Origin: Octopus sinensis
Taxonomy: Eukaryota
NCBI RefSeq assembly: GCF_006345805.1
Contig: NC_043003.1
Span: 43,710,001 to 43,774,000 of the forward strand
DNA length: 64,000 bases
Reading direction: 5' to 3'
Under the pieces are notes generated by a model. The model was not told where the DNA came from. It made no database searches and was given only the letters and a program-made list of their open reading frames with translations. Of this stretch, positions 12,021 to 25,853 are shown piece by piece; position 1 is the first letter of the stretch; the number at the start of each line of letters is the position of its first letter. Both the position numbers and the translations under genes were made by a program.

Positions 12021-12410
12021 AGTGGCCCAGCGGATGTTATTAACATGCTAAAGATCACCGATAAAGAAAATCCCTACGCTGAAGTATTCACAAATTTGCA
12101 GGTACTCTATCCAGATTACAAATTTAGCTTTATACCTGTAATTATTGGGACATTCGGATTCATAACACACTGCTTAAATACCAATCTTGTGAAATTAAGC
12201 TTCTCAAAATCAGAGAGAAGAAAGCTTATTCGAAGTCTACAGATCCAATTCATCACTGGAACTGTAAAGATCTGTAAAGCTTCCAAGACGTTTACCATTT
12301 AAGTATATATAAGCATGTCTACATATGCAAATATATGCATGAGAATATTTACGTAAAACAGAACATAAAAATCTGTATATATGCATACATAATAACATAC
12401 ATACCATACA
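12021..12410 (+). mobile_element. Short 3' fragment of RLE LINE, family C
   Basis: GPADVINMLKITDKENPYAEVFTNLQVLYPDYKFSFIPVIIG...TGTVKICK, stop 12302; 3' UTR homologous to 13712-13790; starts directly after (CATA)n. Confidence 0.85.
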
Positions 12411-12519
12411 GACCAGTAACATATCCATGAATGATTTGACTGTTTTCCCAGTATCTGACAATAATTTTAGTTATCTAGGGGTGGATGAAAATATATCTTA
12501 CAGTGGCATATATCTTACA

Positions 12520-13790
12520 GGGTGTTTGTGGTGCCAGTACTCATACCACCATTTGGGCTGCTTGATTGGACGCTTGATGAGATCCGAGCCATTGATGTGA
12601 AAACTCGAAAATTCCTAAGAAGCACACATAATTTCCACATAAAGTGTGATGTAGACCATCTCTACCTAAAATGAAAACAAAGAAGAAGAGGTATAACATC
12701 GATCCAAAATGCTTTTGAATGTGGCATCATATCCCTTCGGCAACATCTTTTAACCACTAGCTGTCGAAGTAAATCCCTTGACCAAGTTTGCATACATGAG
12801 GCTGATAATATCATAAGACTTGGAAGGCAGCTCCTTGAGCAACACTCTTTGTCTGATAACCTAGAATACAGGCCCAAAGAAGTCGCACGACGTATCAGAT
12901 GAAAAGTTGAGCCCATATGAGTAGACGACTACGCATGGTTATGTTACAAGAAAGCTCCGTGAAGATAGTAACATCGATCATCAAAGCAGTTTATTATGGA
13001 CCAATAGCCGGATTACTACTACCCACTTTGAAGGGCATGCGTTTACAATCCAGGAACAGGAAATATCAACCAAGTACCTGATACATAAAAGGAATAGAGA
13101 TGCAGGTAAAGCTGTAAAGTGTAACAACCGTTTCAGACTTTGTGGAGTTCACACTAAAGATATCACTCACGTCATAAGCAGTGGTGCGAAAATGTCGTCA
13201 CGGTGAGACATATCGCTGTAGCTAGGGCACTCTGTAATGAAATCCGTCGGAAGGATAATCCCAATGACAAATAAATAAGAACCCACAATATGGTAGAAGC
13301 CATAGCCACTCATAATAAAAAGGAATACTGGTGGAATGTACCAATGAAGACCTCAATAAAATGTAAGCACAGCAGACCTGATGTGATGACTTGGGATAGA
13401 GAAGAGAAACTGTGTACAGTTGTCGAAATTAAGTGCCCAGCGGATGTTAACATAAAGCTAAAGACCAGTAAAAAGAGAACATCTACGTTGAGCTATTGAG
13501 AAATCTTCAGTTACTCTATCCAGATTACAAGTTAAGCTTTATACATGTAATTATTAGGGCACTGGGATATGTAACGCACTGCCTAAATACCGATCTTGAG
13601 AAATTAGTCTTCTCAAAACCAGAAAGGAGAAAGCTAATTCGAAGACTACTGAACCAAGCCATCACTGGAACTGTAAAAATCTGTAAAACTTTCGAGAAGT
13701 TTATCATTTAAATACATATGGGCATGTGTAGATATGCAACTATATGCATGAGAATACATCCATAAAATACACGAATCTGCACATACATAC
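12520..13790 (+). mobile_element. Longer 5'-truncated RLE LINE, family C
   Basis: FGLLDWTLDEIRAIDVKTRKF...DVDHLYLK; EYWWNVPMKTSIKCKHSRPDVMTWDREEKLCTVVEIKCPADVN (RLE nuclease motif); stop 13711; (CATA)n tail. Confidence 0.85.
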
Positions 13791-13865
13791 ATATATACAT
13801 GCATGCATACATTACATGCATACATACATGCATACATACATACATACATACTTACACAACACACA

Positions 13866-13896
<31 letters not shown>

Positions 13897-13923
13897 CCAC
13901 ACACACACACACACAATATATAT

Positions 13924-13975
<52 letters not shown>

Positions 13976-14114
13976 GAAGCAAGCAAAAATACCCTGTTGA
14001 TGTTGCTGAAATTCCAATGAAGGGACCCTGGATCTATGTTAGAAACCAACTCTTTCTGTATTGGCAAGAAATCTCGAAATAAAACTGAATAATGACATAC
14101 ATATAAAACAGTAA

Positions 14115-14435
14115 AGATGCATGGGTTACTGTTTATGGTATTCAGCTTACGTTCGTATGTCCGTAAATTCGATTCTCGGTGGCGCTTGGTGATCCTGAAT
14201 AATGCACTTTATTTCACGTTGGTCCAGTCCTCTCAGCTGACAAACTACTAGCAGTACCTGCATTCCAAAGACCAGCCTCGTCGCATTTCGTTTGACGCTG
14301 AATCTCCGTGAGAACTACATTATGCGTAAGTGTATCTGTGAAGTGCTGAGCCACTTGCAAATTAATCACACGAGCAGACATTTCCGCTTATCGGATCAAC
14401 TAGAACCCTTGTCATCGAAACAGACGAAGTGTCAG
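14115..14435 (+). mobile_element. tRNA-derived SINE with conserved central domain and RTE-like tail
   Basis: Homologous to 57364-57681; central cactttatttcacgttggtccagtcctctcagctg. Confidence 0.7.
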
Positions 14436-14900
14436 TTTTATGAGGAAGGAACATATCTCCATTCTGTGGTATTCCTTTCAGATAACTACCATCTGTGTCA
14501 GCGTGTAATGAAGTAAACCCCTGGATTACACCTTCCAATTCATCTGCTGTGTATAATATATATACAAGTGTCTGCGAAATGTATGCGTATATCTGTGTGC
14601 GTATGGGATTAGTTATAGTCACGGAAAATACAACCACAGTCTTAATGATAACACATATGTAAACTACAATACTTTAATACCATACATTAAATCCTGATAA
14701 TATTTCTATCTGTTTCATTTGTATTCAATCTGTACCTGTTTCTTGATTATCATTTTTCATACAATTCTCTTGTAGAGATGTCTAAAACATCACTTTTAAA
14801 TTAATTATGTATTTCAATTTCGTAATTATATAAAAATGATGCTTTATACCTTTATTCAATTATGAAGTATATGAGAAATTTGTTTTGCTGGTTTTTTATG

Positions 14901-14934
<34 letters not shown>

Positions 14935-15629
14935 ATCTTTCTTTGTATGTGCACACATATATATGTATGCTTGTCCGTGTGACTTTGTGTATGTATATGT
15001 ATCTATCAATGCATATATGTATATACATATGTATGTATGCATACATACAAAAAGATACATTGCTGATACGATTCATAACATATAAGCAGAATTACGTTCT
15101 TGCATTTTTTTCTTGCAACTAAAAGCAAAATTCCAAAGCTTATGAAAATTAGAACAAATAATCTGGATATCGGTATTTCCTTTTATGGGAAAAATTTTGA
15201 TGGTGTGAATGAATAACAAAGAAAATAAAAATAGAATGGGTATATCACGCATCCTGAGCAGCATATTGTAATTAAGAGGAGACATTTCATAAATAAACAA
15301 GGTGTGAAGAAAATATAGAGAGAAGACAATGATAACAGATATGAAATCTATTAAACAATATTAAATTATATAGAATAAGAATGGCTTAATCAGAAAATAG
15401 CAATCCGAAATCCATCTCCGCTAAAGCGTCCCTGCAGTAGAAACTTAACATGATAGTGTAAGGGAGACAAATGGGTGCAAACCACGCATTTCAATTAACG
15501 GAACCGGGCGAAGAATATAGTCCTTTTGATTTAATATATAGCTAAACTGATAATATCCATTGGGTAATAAGTAAAAATATAGACGAAGTGCCTAATACTT
15601 CTGCCAGTAGCAACAATAGGAATAACATC

Positions 15630-16035
15630 AATATGCATCACTGTAATTGTGGGATCCAATTATGTCCGCTTGAAGGAAAATGTCTTAGAAAAACAGATTG
15701 TAGATGCGTAGTAATGGTTGATGGCATTTACAGAAATTACATAGGATCAGGTTCAATGGATTTTAAGCAGAGATTGTGTAACCAGTTTTCTTCAGTTGAA
15801 TATATGGGTAAAATGAAGTGTACCACTTTCCACTTTGAATAGATTCATTAAATCTTTAAAGATAGGACTAATGTATATGATATAAAATAGGCAATTACAA
15901 GTACACCTTCACCATATACTATTGGAAACTTCCAAGGTAATTCGTGCTTCGAAGAAAAATTTCATAACTTTATTTCTAATTACGGATTACTAAATCACAG
16001 AAACGAATTAGGCATGAAATGCGCGCATGCTTTTT
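15630..16035 (+). mobile_element. Penelope-like element (PLE) GIY-YIG endonuclease remnant
   Basis: CNCGIQLCPLEGKCL...NYIG...FKQRLCNQFSS...KSLKDR...YDIK*AI...CFEEK...LLNHRNELGMKCAH follows the Cys-rich plus GIY-YIG C-terminus of PLE ORFs. Confidence 0.8.
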
Positions 16036-16689
16036 GAAAGGTACTTCCCAAACAAGAATTTTTAATAGATATCCCGTAGATAGAGTATGCACATAAGTAA
16101 CCTAGTCAAATAATCATTGACTTACTCACATAAATCTTACATAAATTCTCATGTTTATATTTTTATTTTCCATTCATTTTCTATTTCGATTTATCGTATA
16201 TCTATTTACGTAATATGTTATGATCTTGTCTTCATTAGGAATAGTCAGTGAGGTGAATATATTCTGACCTAATTAAGTATATTTCCCGTTCTTTTCAGTA
16301 TATAAAATAAGCTATTCTCTTAAATTCTTAAACATTCATTCTAACTATCATATTTTAAAAATTCTTTAATATCATGTAACCTAAGATTTTATGATCACTC
16401 AACGAGAATATAATTTGCGGAGGGCATTCTAACACTAAATTACTCAGCTTACTGCACCTACCCGCATAGGTAAAACCTTCACCATACATGCATAGAAATG
16501 CCTATCCAGGATGAATATGTACTGTAAATGAACCAACTAAATGCACAGAAATGCTACTCAAATGGCATTAGGACATGTTTGCATAAGAAACTTCTGTTGG
16601 ACTGGAATTTCGTGTGAATTGAATGATACCTGTAATAAACACATTTCGAAGATCTATAACTCTCCATTCTTCTTTATGATATCTTGATT

Positions 16690-16760
<71 letters not shown>

Positions 16761-17680
16761 CATGCATATATATCTTGAACTATATGTCAAGACAATGCGG
16801 GTTGACTTTGATAACGCTGAAAATAAAAGATAATATCAATTTAATGATACGCTTATGTAATATAAATCTGTTGAATAATCGTCTTGAGTTGGGGCATCTT
16901 GTATACATTCCACAAACCGAACGTTTAAATACTTCAAATAAAAGTTGTGAATATTCCTATATTTTTCAAATTTTAACTTTTTATAATAATAATAAGAAGA
17001 AATATACTATACTAGCTTTCAATTTAACGTTCATAGATGACTAAAATAACTTCACTTCTAGTTTTAAAATTAATAAGGCATTCCCCAGTTATAAAATACT
17101 ATGCCCACTCATAATAATAAGTGATAGGTTTTTTTCCCTACTCTCTGTAAAAGGGATTAATGATCATTTGACATTGACCTAGTTTCTGTCACCAAATAGT
17201 AGAAATTGGCATTTTGTTAGTGGCAACTACTGTCTTCAACTTGAATTCCTTTTATGGTATTCTGAAACCTTCTTTACCCCATTCCTACAACTAAAAAATC
17301 TTTATTACTTCTAACCTTATAGCAGTTAGATACAGCCATAGCTTGGTCAGTCAGTGGTTGGACTTCACTACCTCATATGTTCTTAAATTTTAAATCTACG
17401 TCTTTGTCTGTATATCTACCTTCTCTATAATGTTGCTACTTGATTTGAAAACATTTATATTAATGGAAAACCTATATAAGTGGCTGATGAACACTCAGCA
17501 TCTTAAATCCGGTGTAATACTTACAACTTTTAATAAAACAATTGTACCATATTACCGGAGTCATTCTTGTTGCGTATTTTGATTATAATCACCCCGCAAA
17601 TTTTTATGGATAACACCATACAAAATTCTGGTGCATCTAAATTAAGTACCATATTCATTCGAATCTAATTTTTTGCTGAA

Positions 17681-17752
<72 letters not shown>

Positions 17753-17865
17753 ATCTATGAATGTATATATACACACGCATACATGCACACATACATGCAT
17801 GCTTACATACCTACATGCATGCGTGCAGCAATGCACGCACGCGTAGACATACATACCTACATACA

Positions 17866-17901
<36 letters not shown>

Positions 17902-18362
17902 TATATACATATATGTACGAGTGGATGAAGGAAAGAGATGTACACTGAATACATTCGGTACGAGTTACATATATTTTTAATAACGGTTTAATTTTTCTGG
18001 CTATGACTTGAAATTTCGTGGGTGCTTACGATAGACTCATCTCATGAGATATCGGGAGGAAAGTAAAGATTTAGAGATTTCTTAAAGGATTCTAGATATT
18101 AGCATATATTGGTCAGCTCAGGTCATGCTTTCTTATTGTTGTGCAATGATCGCAAGTGACACTGGCAAGAATCTGACACAAATTTTCATGTAAGAAACTA
18201 TATAGTGCTTTCACCGACAGCAGTTCCTTGTATCGAGTACCACACATAAGAGGGTGAGTACTAGCGCAGGTTCCAGTTAATGATGTATGAAATCATTAAC
18301 TGTGGAAGTCTTTACATAGGATTCATAAAATGTGATGGCGTTCGTCTTCTTCTTCTTCTTAT

Positions 18363-18418
<56 letters not shown>

Positions 18419-18575
18419 ATTATATATATATATATATATATAATATATTATATATATATATATATATATAGCAGAGTATACACATAAATGTGAAACAAGG
18501 TGGAAAAGAGAGTACTCAAATACCAGAGGAAGAATAATATGCTTTATTTAAAAGCTGCAAAGACATTAAATAAGG

Positions 18576-18613
18576 CTGTTACTCAGAGTTTCACGTTCCC
18601 GTTTTTCGGACCG
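18576..18613 (-). ncRNA. Minimal type I hammerhead-like motif (core partly decayed)
   Basis: cggt-CCGAAAA-ACG GGAA CGT-GAAA-CTC T GAG-TA-ACAG. Confidence 0.55.
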
Positions 18614-18623
18614 TTTTGTTAAA

Positions 18624-18661
18624 CAGTCCAACGAACGGGAACGTATAACTCTGAGTAAAAG
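18624..18661 (+). ncRNA. Minimal type I hammerhead-like motif (core partly decayed)
   Basis: cagt-CCAACGA-ACG GGAA CGT-ATAA-CTC T GAG-TA-aaag; AATAAA follows ~27 nt later. Confidence 0.5.
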
Positions 18662-18736
18662 CTTTTGTTATATTTCTGCTGCTTCTAAATAAAGTATATA
18701 TATATTATAGATATATATATATATATATATATATAG

Positions 18737-18805
<69 letters not shown>

Positions 18806-18881
18806 TCATATATATATATATATACATATATATATACATACATACATAGATACATATATATACACATACATATATATATAT

Positions 18882-18945
<64 letters not shown>

Positions 18946-20928
18946 GATATACAATTTATGTAGATATTTACCTCAAGTATATGTAGTCACATGCACACAC
19001 ACATGTGTTAAATCTCTCAAGCATGATATGTTTGATTGCATTGATGCATACATTCCCACCCACCCTTTTCTTTCACTAAATCCAGGCCTATATATCTAAA
19101 AGTTGTGTAAGAATACACGCACGCCTGAAAGGTATATAATGAAGTAGTCAATATTATATATATGTATGGCAAATGCAATGTAACAAGGTATAATTTCCAT
19201 GTGGAATATATTTCATATAAGATACTTGCAGTGTTTGTGAATATATTTATGGATTCCTATTATTATGAATATATATATATATAAATGAATATTAAGATAT
19301 TTCAGCTTGTACAACATATACATCGTATAAAACATGTAATAATAACGAATCACAAAATACAATGCATGATATGATGCATAAATTTATTTGTAAAAAATTT
19401 CAAAGTGCGATCTAAAATGTAAAACGACTTTAAAATTGATAACATAATAGGAACAAATTTTCATATAGAGCGATGCGAGATTATGTGAAAGTGAAAGTAA
19501 TCTTTATAGTCAAAATTGTGTGTTCACTTTTCTTTATGGCTTACAAAAATATTGAAGGAAAATACACAGAAAATACTAGTTAATAGATTATATAATATTT
19601 ATATGCTTTTTAATGTTACAACAGTACATACTTATGTATGGATATAATGGATATAGGTGTGGGAACTTGTGCCTATATATATATCCGTGTGTATGTATAT
19701 ATACCCGCGTATGTGTGTATATATACATATATATATGTATATATATATATATATATGTATAGTATACTTATGTGCATGTGTGTGTGTGTGCAAGTGTATG
19801 CATATGTATAATGATATGTAGATAGATAGTTTTACTCTGAATCATGTGCTCACTTATGCAGCTGCATGCACGAAACTGTATCCTAAAACTCATTTATTCA
19901 AATATTGGCACGGGTACATCTTGTGATGAAGAAGTTGGATTCGCACTAAATTGGCTTTAGTGCTCTCACTTTGTGCAACATCTTTGGGACAGGTCTCCCA
20001 CAATAGTGCTGGGATGCCTAATACCTTGTGAGAAGAATTCCGTTGCATATTCATAATACGCAAACATATCCACATCTGTGTGTTTGTGAAAAATGCGTGG
20101 ATACTTGTGCGTAATGCGTATGTGTATTTGTGTATGTGTTTGCGCTTGCGTGTGTATGTGTGTGTGTGTGTGAGAAAGAGAGAGAGAGAGTATCTATTTA
20201 TATCTTTGTGCGCGTATGTTTGTATTTTTGTCTTTCCGCGGCCTGATAACCGGTGTTGGTTTGTCTAAATCTGTACAATTTAGCCGTTTGGACAGAACAG
20301 CTGAAGTAAGCCTAAAAGCTATTCAAGAGGTCGGCTAATCATCTGAAGCAAGAATAAATATGTTTACTTACGAAATGCGTAAATCCATTTGTATACACGC
20401 TTACGCACATACTTAACAGTAAGAAATGATAAAATTGGAAAGAAATTAAGTTAGAGATATATCGCAAAAAATTAAAACATAATAATAAAGCAATTATGTG
20501 TTTATAAATATGTTGGTGGGGAAGTTTGCATACCCTTAAATCTTAAAACCCCCCACTTAATATAGAAATTGAAAAGTGAATAAGTTACAAGTTAGTTTGC
20601 AATTCTAGCTTGCGTATCGTTATAAACATTTTATAATACATATGATTCATGATATTCAGGTGCTTAGCTCATGCATGAATGGAAGTAGATCAAAAGATAC
20701 TGACATTGGTATCAATATATTATATATCTGGACTTTGTTTAAATGAAAGCTTGTGATATTTGGAGATATTTTGATTTTACTTTTAAAGGAGATTTGACTT
20801 CAGTTGTATTAGCATATGGTGATGTTCTTTAACAGACAAACCAATATATTATGATGCGCTTTGTGCAATGAATGAACTGTTGCATTCCAACCTATTTCTT
20901 TATTACCCACAAGGAGCTAAACATAAAG

Positions 20929-21123
20929 GGGGCAAACAAGGACAGACATAGGTATTAAGTCGATTACATCGACCCCAGTGCGTAACTGGTACTTAATTTA
21001 TTGACCCCGGAAGGATGAAAAGCAAAGTCGACCTCCGTGGAATTTGAACTCACAACGTAACGGCAGACGAAATACCGCTAAGCATTTCGCCCGGCGTGCT
21101 AACGTTTCTGTCAGCTCGCCGCC
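20929..21123 (-). mobile_element. tRNA-derived SINE (ggcggcgagctggcagaa family), well preserved
   Basis: Minus strand ggcggcgagctgacagaaacgttagcacgccgggcgaaatgcttagcggtatttcg...gagttcaaattcc (B box). Confidence 0.9.
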
Positions 21124-21159
21124 CTTGCATTCCAAGTGCGGAATGAACTCCCACATGCT

Positions 21160-21494
21160 ATAAAAGAACGCCTTTGGTTACGAATGACCATGTTTGCACC
21201 TAGAAAGTTACCTTCTGAGGCACAAATCCGGACAATGTTGTTTATGGAAAACTGGCAGTCGCCCATACATACCAGTCTCCCTTCTCCAAGCCATCGATAT
21301 TACTCAAGGGAAATGAAAAGGCCGATAAAGCTTGGTGCTAGTGACGGCAGAAGTCATTTCTACAGACGAGTAAATTGGAGCAACATGAAATAAAGGTTCT
21401 TGCTCAAGAACACAACACAGCCAGGTTGAGGAATCGAACTCACTACCTCATAATTGTGAGCCTGACACTTTAATCACTGAACTGTACGCCTTCA
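21160..21494 (-). mobile_element. tRNA-derived SINE with conserved central domain, distinct tail
   Basis: Minus strand head tgaaggcgtacagttcagtg...gagttcgattcc, then gtgttcttgagcaagaacctttatttcatgttgctcc. Confidence 0.75.
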
Positions 21495-21566
21495 TACCGA
21501 TACAGAATGAAACAATCATACTTTTAGCCAATGATATTGACCGAAGTATAAATAGATCGAGATTCG

Positions 21567-21600
<34 letters not shown>

Positions 21601-21841
21601 GTGCGAAAACTTTGCGTACGTGATTATATTCGTGACGTTTAACGTTGTTTGAAATAATGATGATTTGATAAATAACTCACTGTTTCAACATGAATTAATC
21701 TGCATGTTGTTTGCTTCCATCAGTAATTTTGTGAATGATTTCTGTATGTACGCATATACATACACACACAGCGTATATGTGCACTTCTATATGTATACAC
21801 TTACATACACTCAAACACAGACGCAGATACACAAACACGCA

Positions 21842-21897
<56 letters not shown>

Positions 21898-22239
21898 AAT
21901 AAAATGAGATGACGGAAGAAAACACGATTATGTAATGAAGATCGTTAACTTACAGCAGCTTTTACTAATGAAGTCCATAACATAATCGTTTTTTTTTCCC
22001 ATTGACATCTTATATTCTTATTACCGCTCTATACTCGTCTAACTCTTCACTCTGTAGCATATGTATATTGAGTTCTACACCTGATTATTTGTCACGCAAA
22101 GCCTAAGTGAAATATTAAAATATAACATATGATAAACACACACATACACACACACATGCACATTCAGACATAGACACCCATGCACACAAACAAACACGCA
22201 CGCACATAATATAAGCAATTCCTGGAGATAGATTGTAGT

Positions 22240-22570
22240 TTACTACAGTTGTTTCAGAAGAGTTTTTATTGATAAACAAAAGTGTTATGCAAAGTTTAAA
22301 AAAGTTACAGTTTCATCAGGTGAATACAGGTAGGAAATAGCAATCAGAACTCCTCAAAGACAAGCACATAGTGCCCTGTCACTATACCCGACCAAGCTCT
22401 CTGGTTGAATTAGATTTCGTAGTCATATGGCGCTATGACCTTGTTCTTATGAAGTTCTAATAGTTAATGTTTACCTGTATTTACCTGATGAAGATGTTTA
22501 ATTGTCTTTGCATGATGTAACACTTCTTTTCGTCAATAAAAAAACACGTCTGAGATAGCTGTAGTGGACC
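22240..22570. mobile_element. ~330-bp imperfect foldback MITE
   Basis: ttcatcaggtgaatacaggta (22312-22332) versus tacctgtatttacctgatgaa (22472-22492); complementarity extends in both directions to a centre near 22398. Confidence 0.7.
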
Positions 22571-22854
22571 ATATTCCATCAGATGTTATTGTTTCTCCTT
22601 CACCTAATTCGGAACGTACAATCCGTTTGGATCTAAAATCGTAGAAGACGGAGCAACAGGTACAGTGTGTGTACGCATGTGTGACATTGACGACTCATGG
22701 TGTATTCAGTCAAGCATTTATGAATGCATGCATAACTGAAGTACAAACGCATGTTTTTTTATGTATACGTACTTGTATACGATGGAACAATTATCGAACT
22801 GATTCTCTTGAATCCTGGAATTTTTTAAATATATAATATATATATATATGTATA

Positions 22855-23255
22855 GGCGCAGGCGTGGCTGAGTGGTAAGAAGCTTGCTTTCCAACCACAT
22901 TTTCCCTGGTTCAGTCCCACTCGGTAAGTGTCTTCTGCTGTAGCCTCGGGCTTACCAAGGCTTTGTGAGTTAAATCTCTAGACGGAAACTCAGAGAAACC
23001 CGTTGTATAAGTGTGTGTGTATGTATGTGTGTGTGTGTCTGTGCGTGTGTATGAGAGAGAGTTTTTGTGTCTGTGTTTTCCACATACTCCGCTTTAACAC
23101 TTCAAAACCGGTTTTGGTGTGTTTGCGTCCTCTAATTTGGCCGTTCGGAAACAGATACAGATAGAATAAGTTCTAGGCTTAAAGAATAAGTCCTGGGGTC
23201 GATTTTGTGCTCGAGGATGGCCGCAGTCAAATAACGGAAGCAATTAAAACTATAA
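22855..23255 (+). mobile_element. Composite SINE (head, GT microsatellite, tail)
   Basis: ggcgcaggcgtggctgagtggtaagaagc (A box)...ggttcagtccc (B box)...aagaataagtcctggggtcgat...ggccgcagtcaaat. Confidence 0.85.
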
Positions 23256-23339
23256 AAATATATGCAAATATATACTGCTTGTTATTTATGTTTTGGTTTA
23301 TGTTTGAGTTGCATAATTTATATTTTATATATTCATATT

Positions 23340-23631
23340 GTGAAATTTGATTTAATACTAAATTGAAACCATATTTTCTTTACTATGTTGCATAGACCGT
23401 TCTGAAAGTCCTCAAGGTCTTTCATACGTGGGTGGGTGGACTTTCGGTATTTGAACCCGAATTTATCCGTAGATACAGTGATGTAGCGATGGATGGATTC
23501 TCCTAGAAGAAAGCCTTCCAGCACATGCATTTCATAAAACTTTCCGTCTTCTCCATAGATCGCGTCAAGTTGATTTTCCTTCGAGCTATGTGGATATTCC
23601 TCAGCGAGTAAGGTAGTAGTTGTCTCTCCAT
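23340..23631 (-). mobile_element. Penelope-like element, 5' end of ORF
   Basis: MERQLLPYSLRNIHIA...TESFMKCMCWKAF...KFGFKYRKSTHPRMKDLEDFQNGLCNIVKKI, resembling the PLE N-terminal YSLKNIP..ESLIKRMRWKA..FGFKS..FENDL motif. Confidence 0.7.
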
Positions 23632-23708
23632 TGCAAACTGTTAGTCAGACGTTCGTGAAATGCGCTGAACAGAATCTGGAGCTATTACATGCATACATAC
23701 ACACAACA

Positions 23709-23753
<45 letters not shown>

Positions 23754-23971
23754 TACACACACACATATATATATATACATACATAAATACATATACATAA
23801 TATACATATATATACATCTCATACTATATCATATCTATACTATATATATATATATACATACAATATATGTATATAATATATATTTACATATACTATATTA
23901 CATATAACATTATGTACTCATATGTATGTATATGTATATGTATGTGATATATACTTTACTTTGATACTTTG

Positions 23972-24457
23972 ATAGGTTCGGCCATTATTCACGGCCAGGC
24001 CAGTCTAACTTAATAGCACCACCTGGTGAAGTCTTTCAAGTCAGAATTTGGGCACTATGGCCCACTCAAGTAGAGAGTGTATTGTTTACAGAGACATATC
24101 CGGGTGTAGGGGGTTTATCCTTCGGTGATTTTCTCTGAAGGAATCGTCCAAAGACTTCTTGAACCCTATAGGGTCAGTTTCTGTTTTAATGTGTTTTGGT
24201 GTAATGTTAAAGAGAGCGGGGCCAATTGAGGTGAAATAATTGTGCGTATTGTTGTTTGATAGAATGAGAGTGCCGATTTTTGTTTTGGGGGATGGACGGG
24301 GCCCAAGCCTTGGATGTACCTTAAGGTGATGCCAACATCATTTGGCAATGCTGATGGAATATTTTCCACATCATGCAGATGATGTATGTAGCGCTCACGA
24401 CGACGTTGGAGAGAATAGAGTTTTAGCTTTTCTAGTCGACCCCAATAGTCGAGGCCA
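23972..24457 (-). mobile_element. CR1/L2-group LINE 3' fragment
   Basis: [24 protein letters not shown]...PNDVGIT; 5' junction abuts (TA)n. Confidence 0.8.
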
Positions 24458-24458
24458 A

Positions 24459-24540
<82 letters not shown>

Positions 24541-25690
24541 CACACACGTTCGTGTGTATGTGTGTATGTATCTACAAGTGAATGTCTGCATCTTTTGCTT
24601 TTTCGTTTTGCAGATGTTCCATTTTGGGTGAGAGCTTTACGAGTTATATTTCTTTGTTCTAGAATTAAATCATGATGTAAGTTCTCTACTTTTTGATACT
24701 CTTTAAAACTTCACTTTATTACCAGTATGAATGTTATACGTTCCTCAATCTGCCATTTTTTTTTTTATTAATCTTTCATTGTGGAGTCTTCTTTTTTTAC
24801 ATCACAAAAGAACATCTAGAGCTAAATACACTTGGACTTTATGGTGAGCCCTGCTTCTGAAATTACGTCTCATAAGATTAGCGAATTTCTAACAAAATAT
24901 ATCAACTTGAGGAAAATTGTCATTTGGTTGCTCGTAAGAATGTAATTATAGGTATAAGCACACACACACGCTCGCGTGCACACACACGTACACATACACA
25001 TATGAATGCACACATATATGCATAGAAAGATAGATGGCATACATACGCAAATGTATATATAGATAAACGGGGCTTGGTTTTTTCACAGCGGGGGGTTTCC
25101 TTGACAAGGCAGGCTTAGATGACACACACACCACATAAACAAAATAATATTATATTTTTTTTCTGCCACCAACGGTTCTCGCGGCAGTAGCACTGACAGC
25201 CGAACGATCAACGCACACACGTACACAAAAATGTTTTCTACCCCTACGCCAACCACACATATATAGAACAGTATACACACACACACGTCTCTAAGTAGAT
25301 TTTTTCTCGCCCCTTATAAAACATCCAATATTCCTTAAATAGTCAGAACTTATTCTCGGTCACAAAGAACACCCACACACCCTCACCCACCCCCATGATT
25401 GACCGATGCTGACCCGTTAAATTCTTCAGCCACCGGTTCTCAACATACACTGATAAACAGTTTCGCCATGGGCTCTTAGGAGCATAGTTCGATTTGTTTT
25501 TTGCTCCGCCTCTGTTCTGTTTTGTTTTTCCAACGGATTTCCTATTTTCTTCCTGAAGAGAAAGACACAATATGGTCCCATTATTCATCGGATTTTGGTA
25601 ATTTGTGCCTTTCGAAACACGTGTAGAATGAAATACAACGATTTCTGTTCAATCTGCGTTCAGCTCCATTTCTTCAATTCACCAATAATG

Positions 25691-25799
<109 letters not shown>

Positions 25800-25811
25800 G
25801 ATATATATATA

Positions 25812-25853
<42 letters not shown>

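Larger units (their letters stand above)
18471..18697. mobile_element. (TA)n-flanked non-autonomous repeat; internal ~160-bp palindrome carrying two head-to-head hammerhead-like motifs
   Basis: 18538-18613 is an imperfect reverse complement of 18624-18697; shares leader and end with 34929-35068. Confidence 0.8.

Noticed and set aside
17477-17520. CTGATGA followed by taaatccggtg
   Set aside because: Stems I and II do not pair and GAAA is absent; at best a heavily decayed hammerhead.
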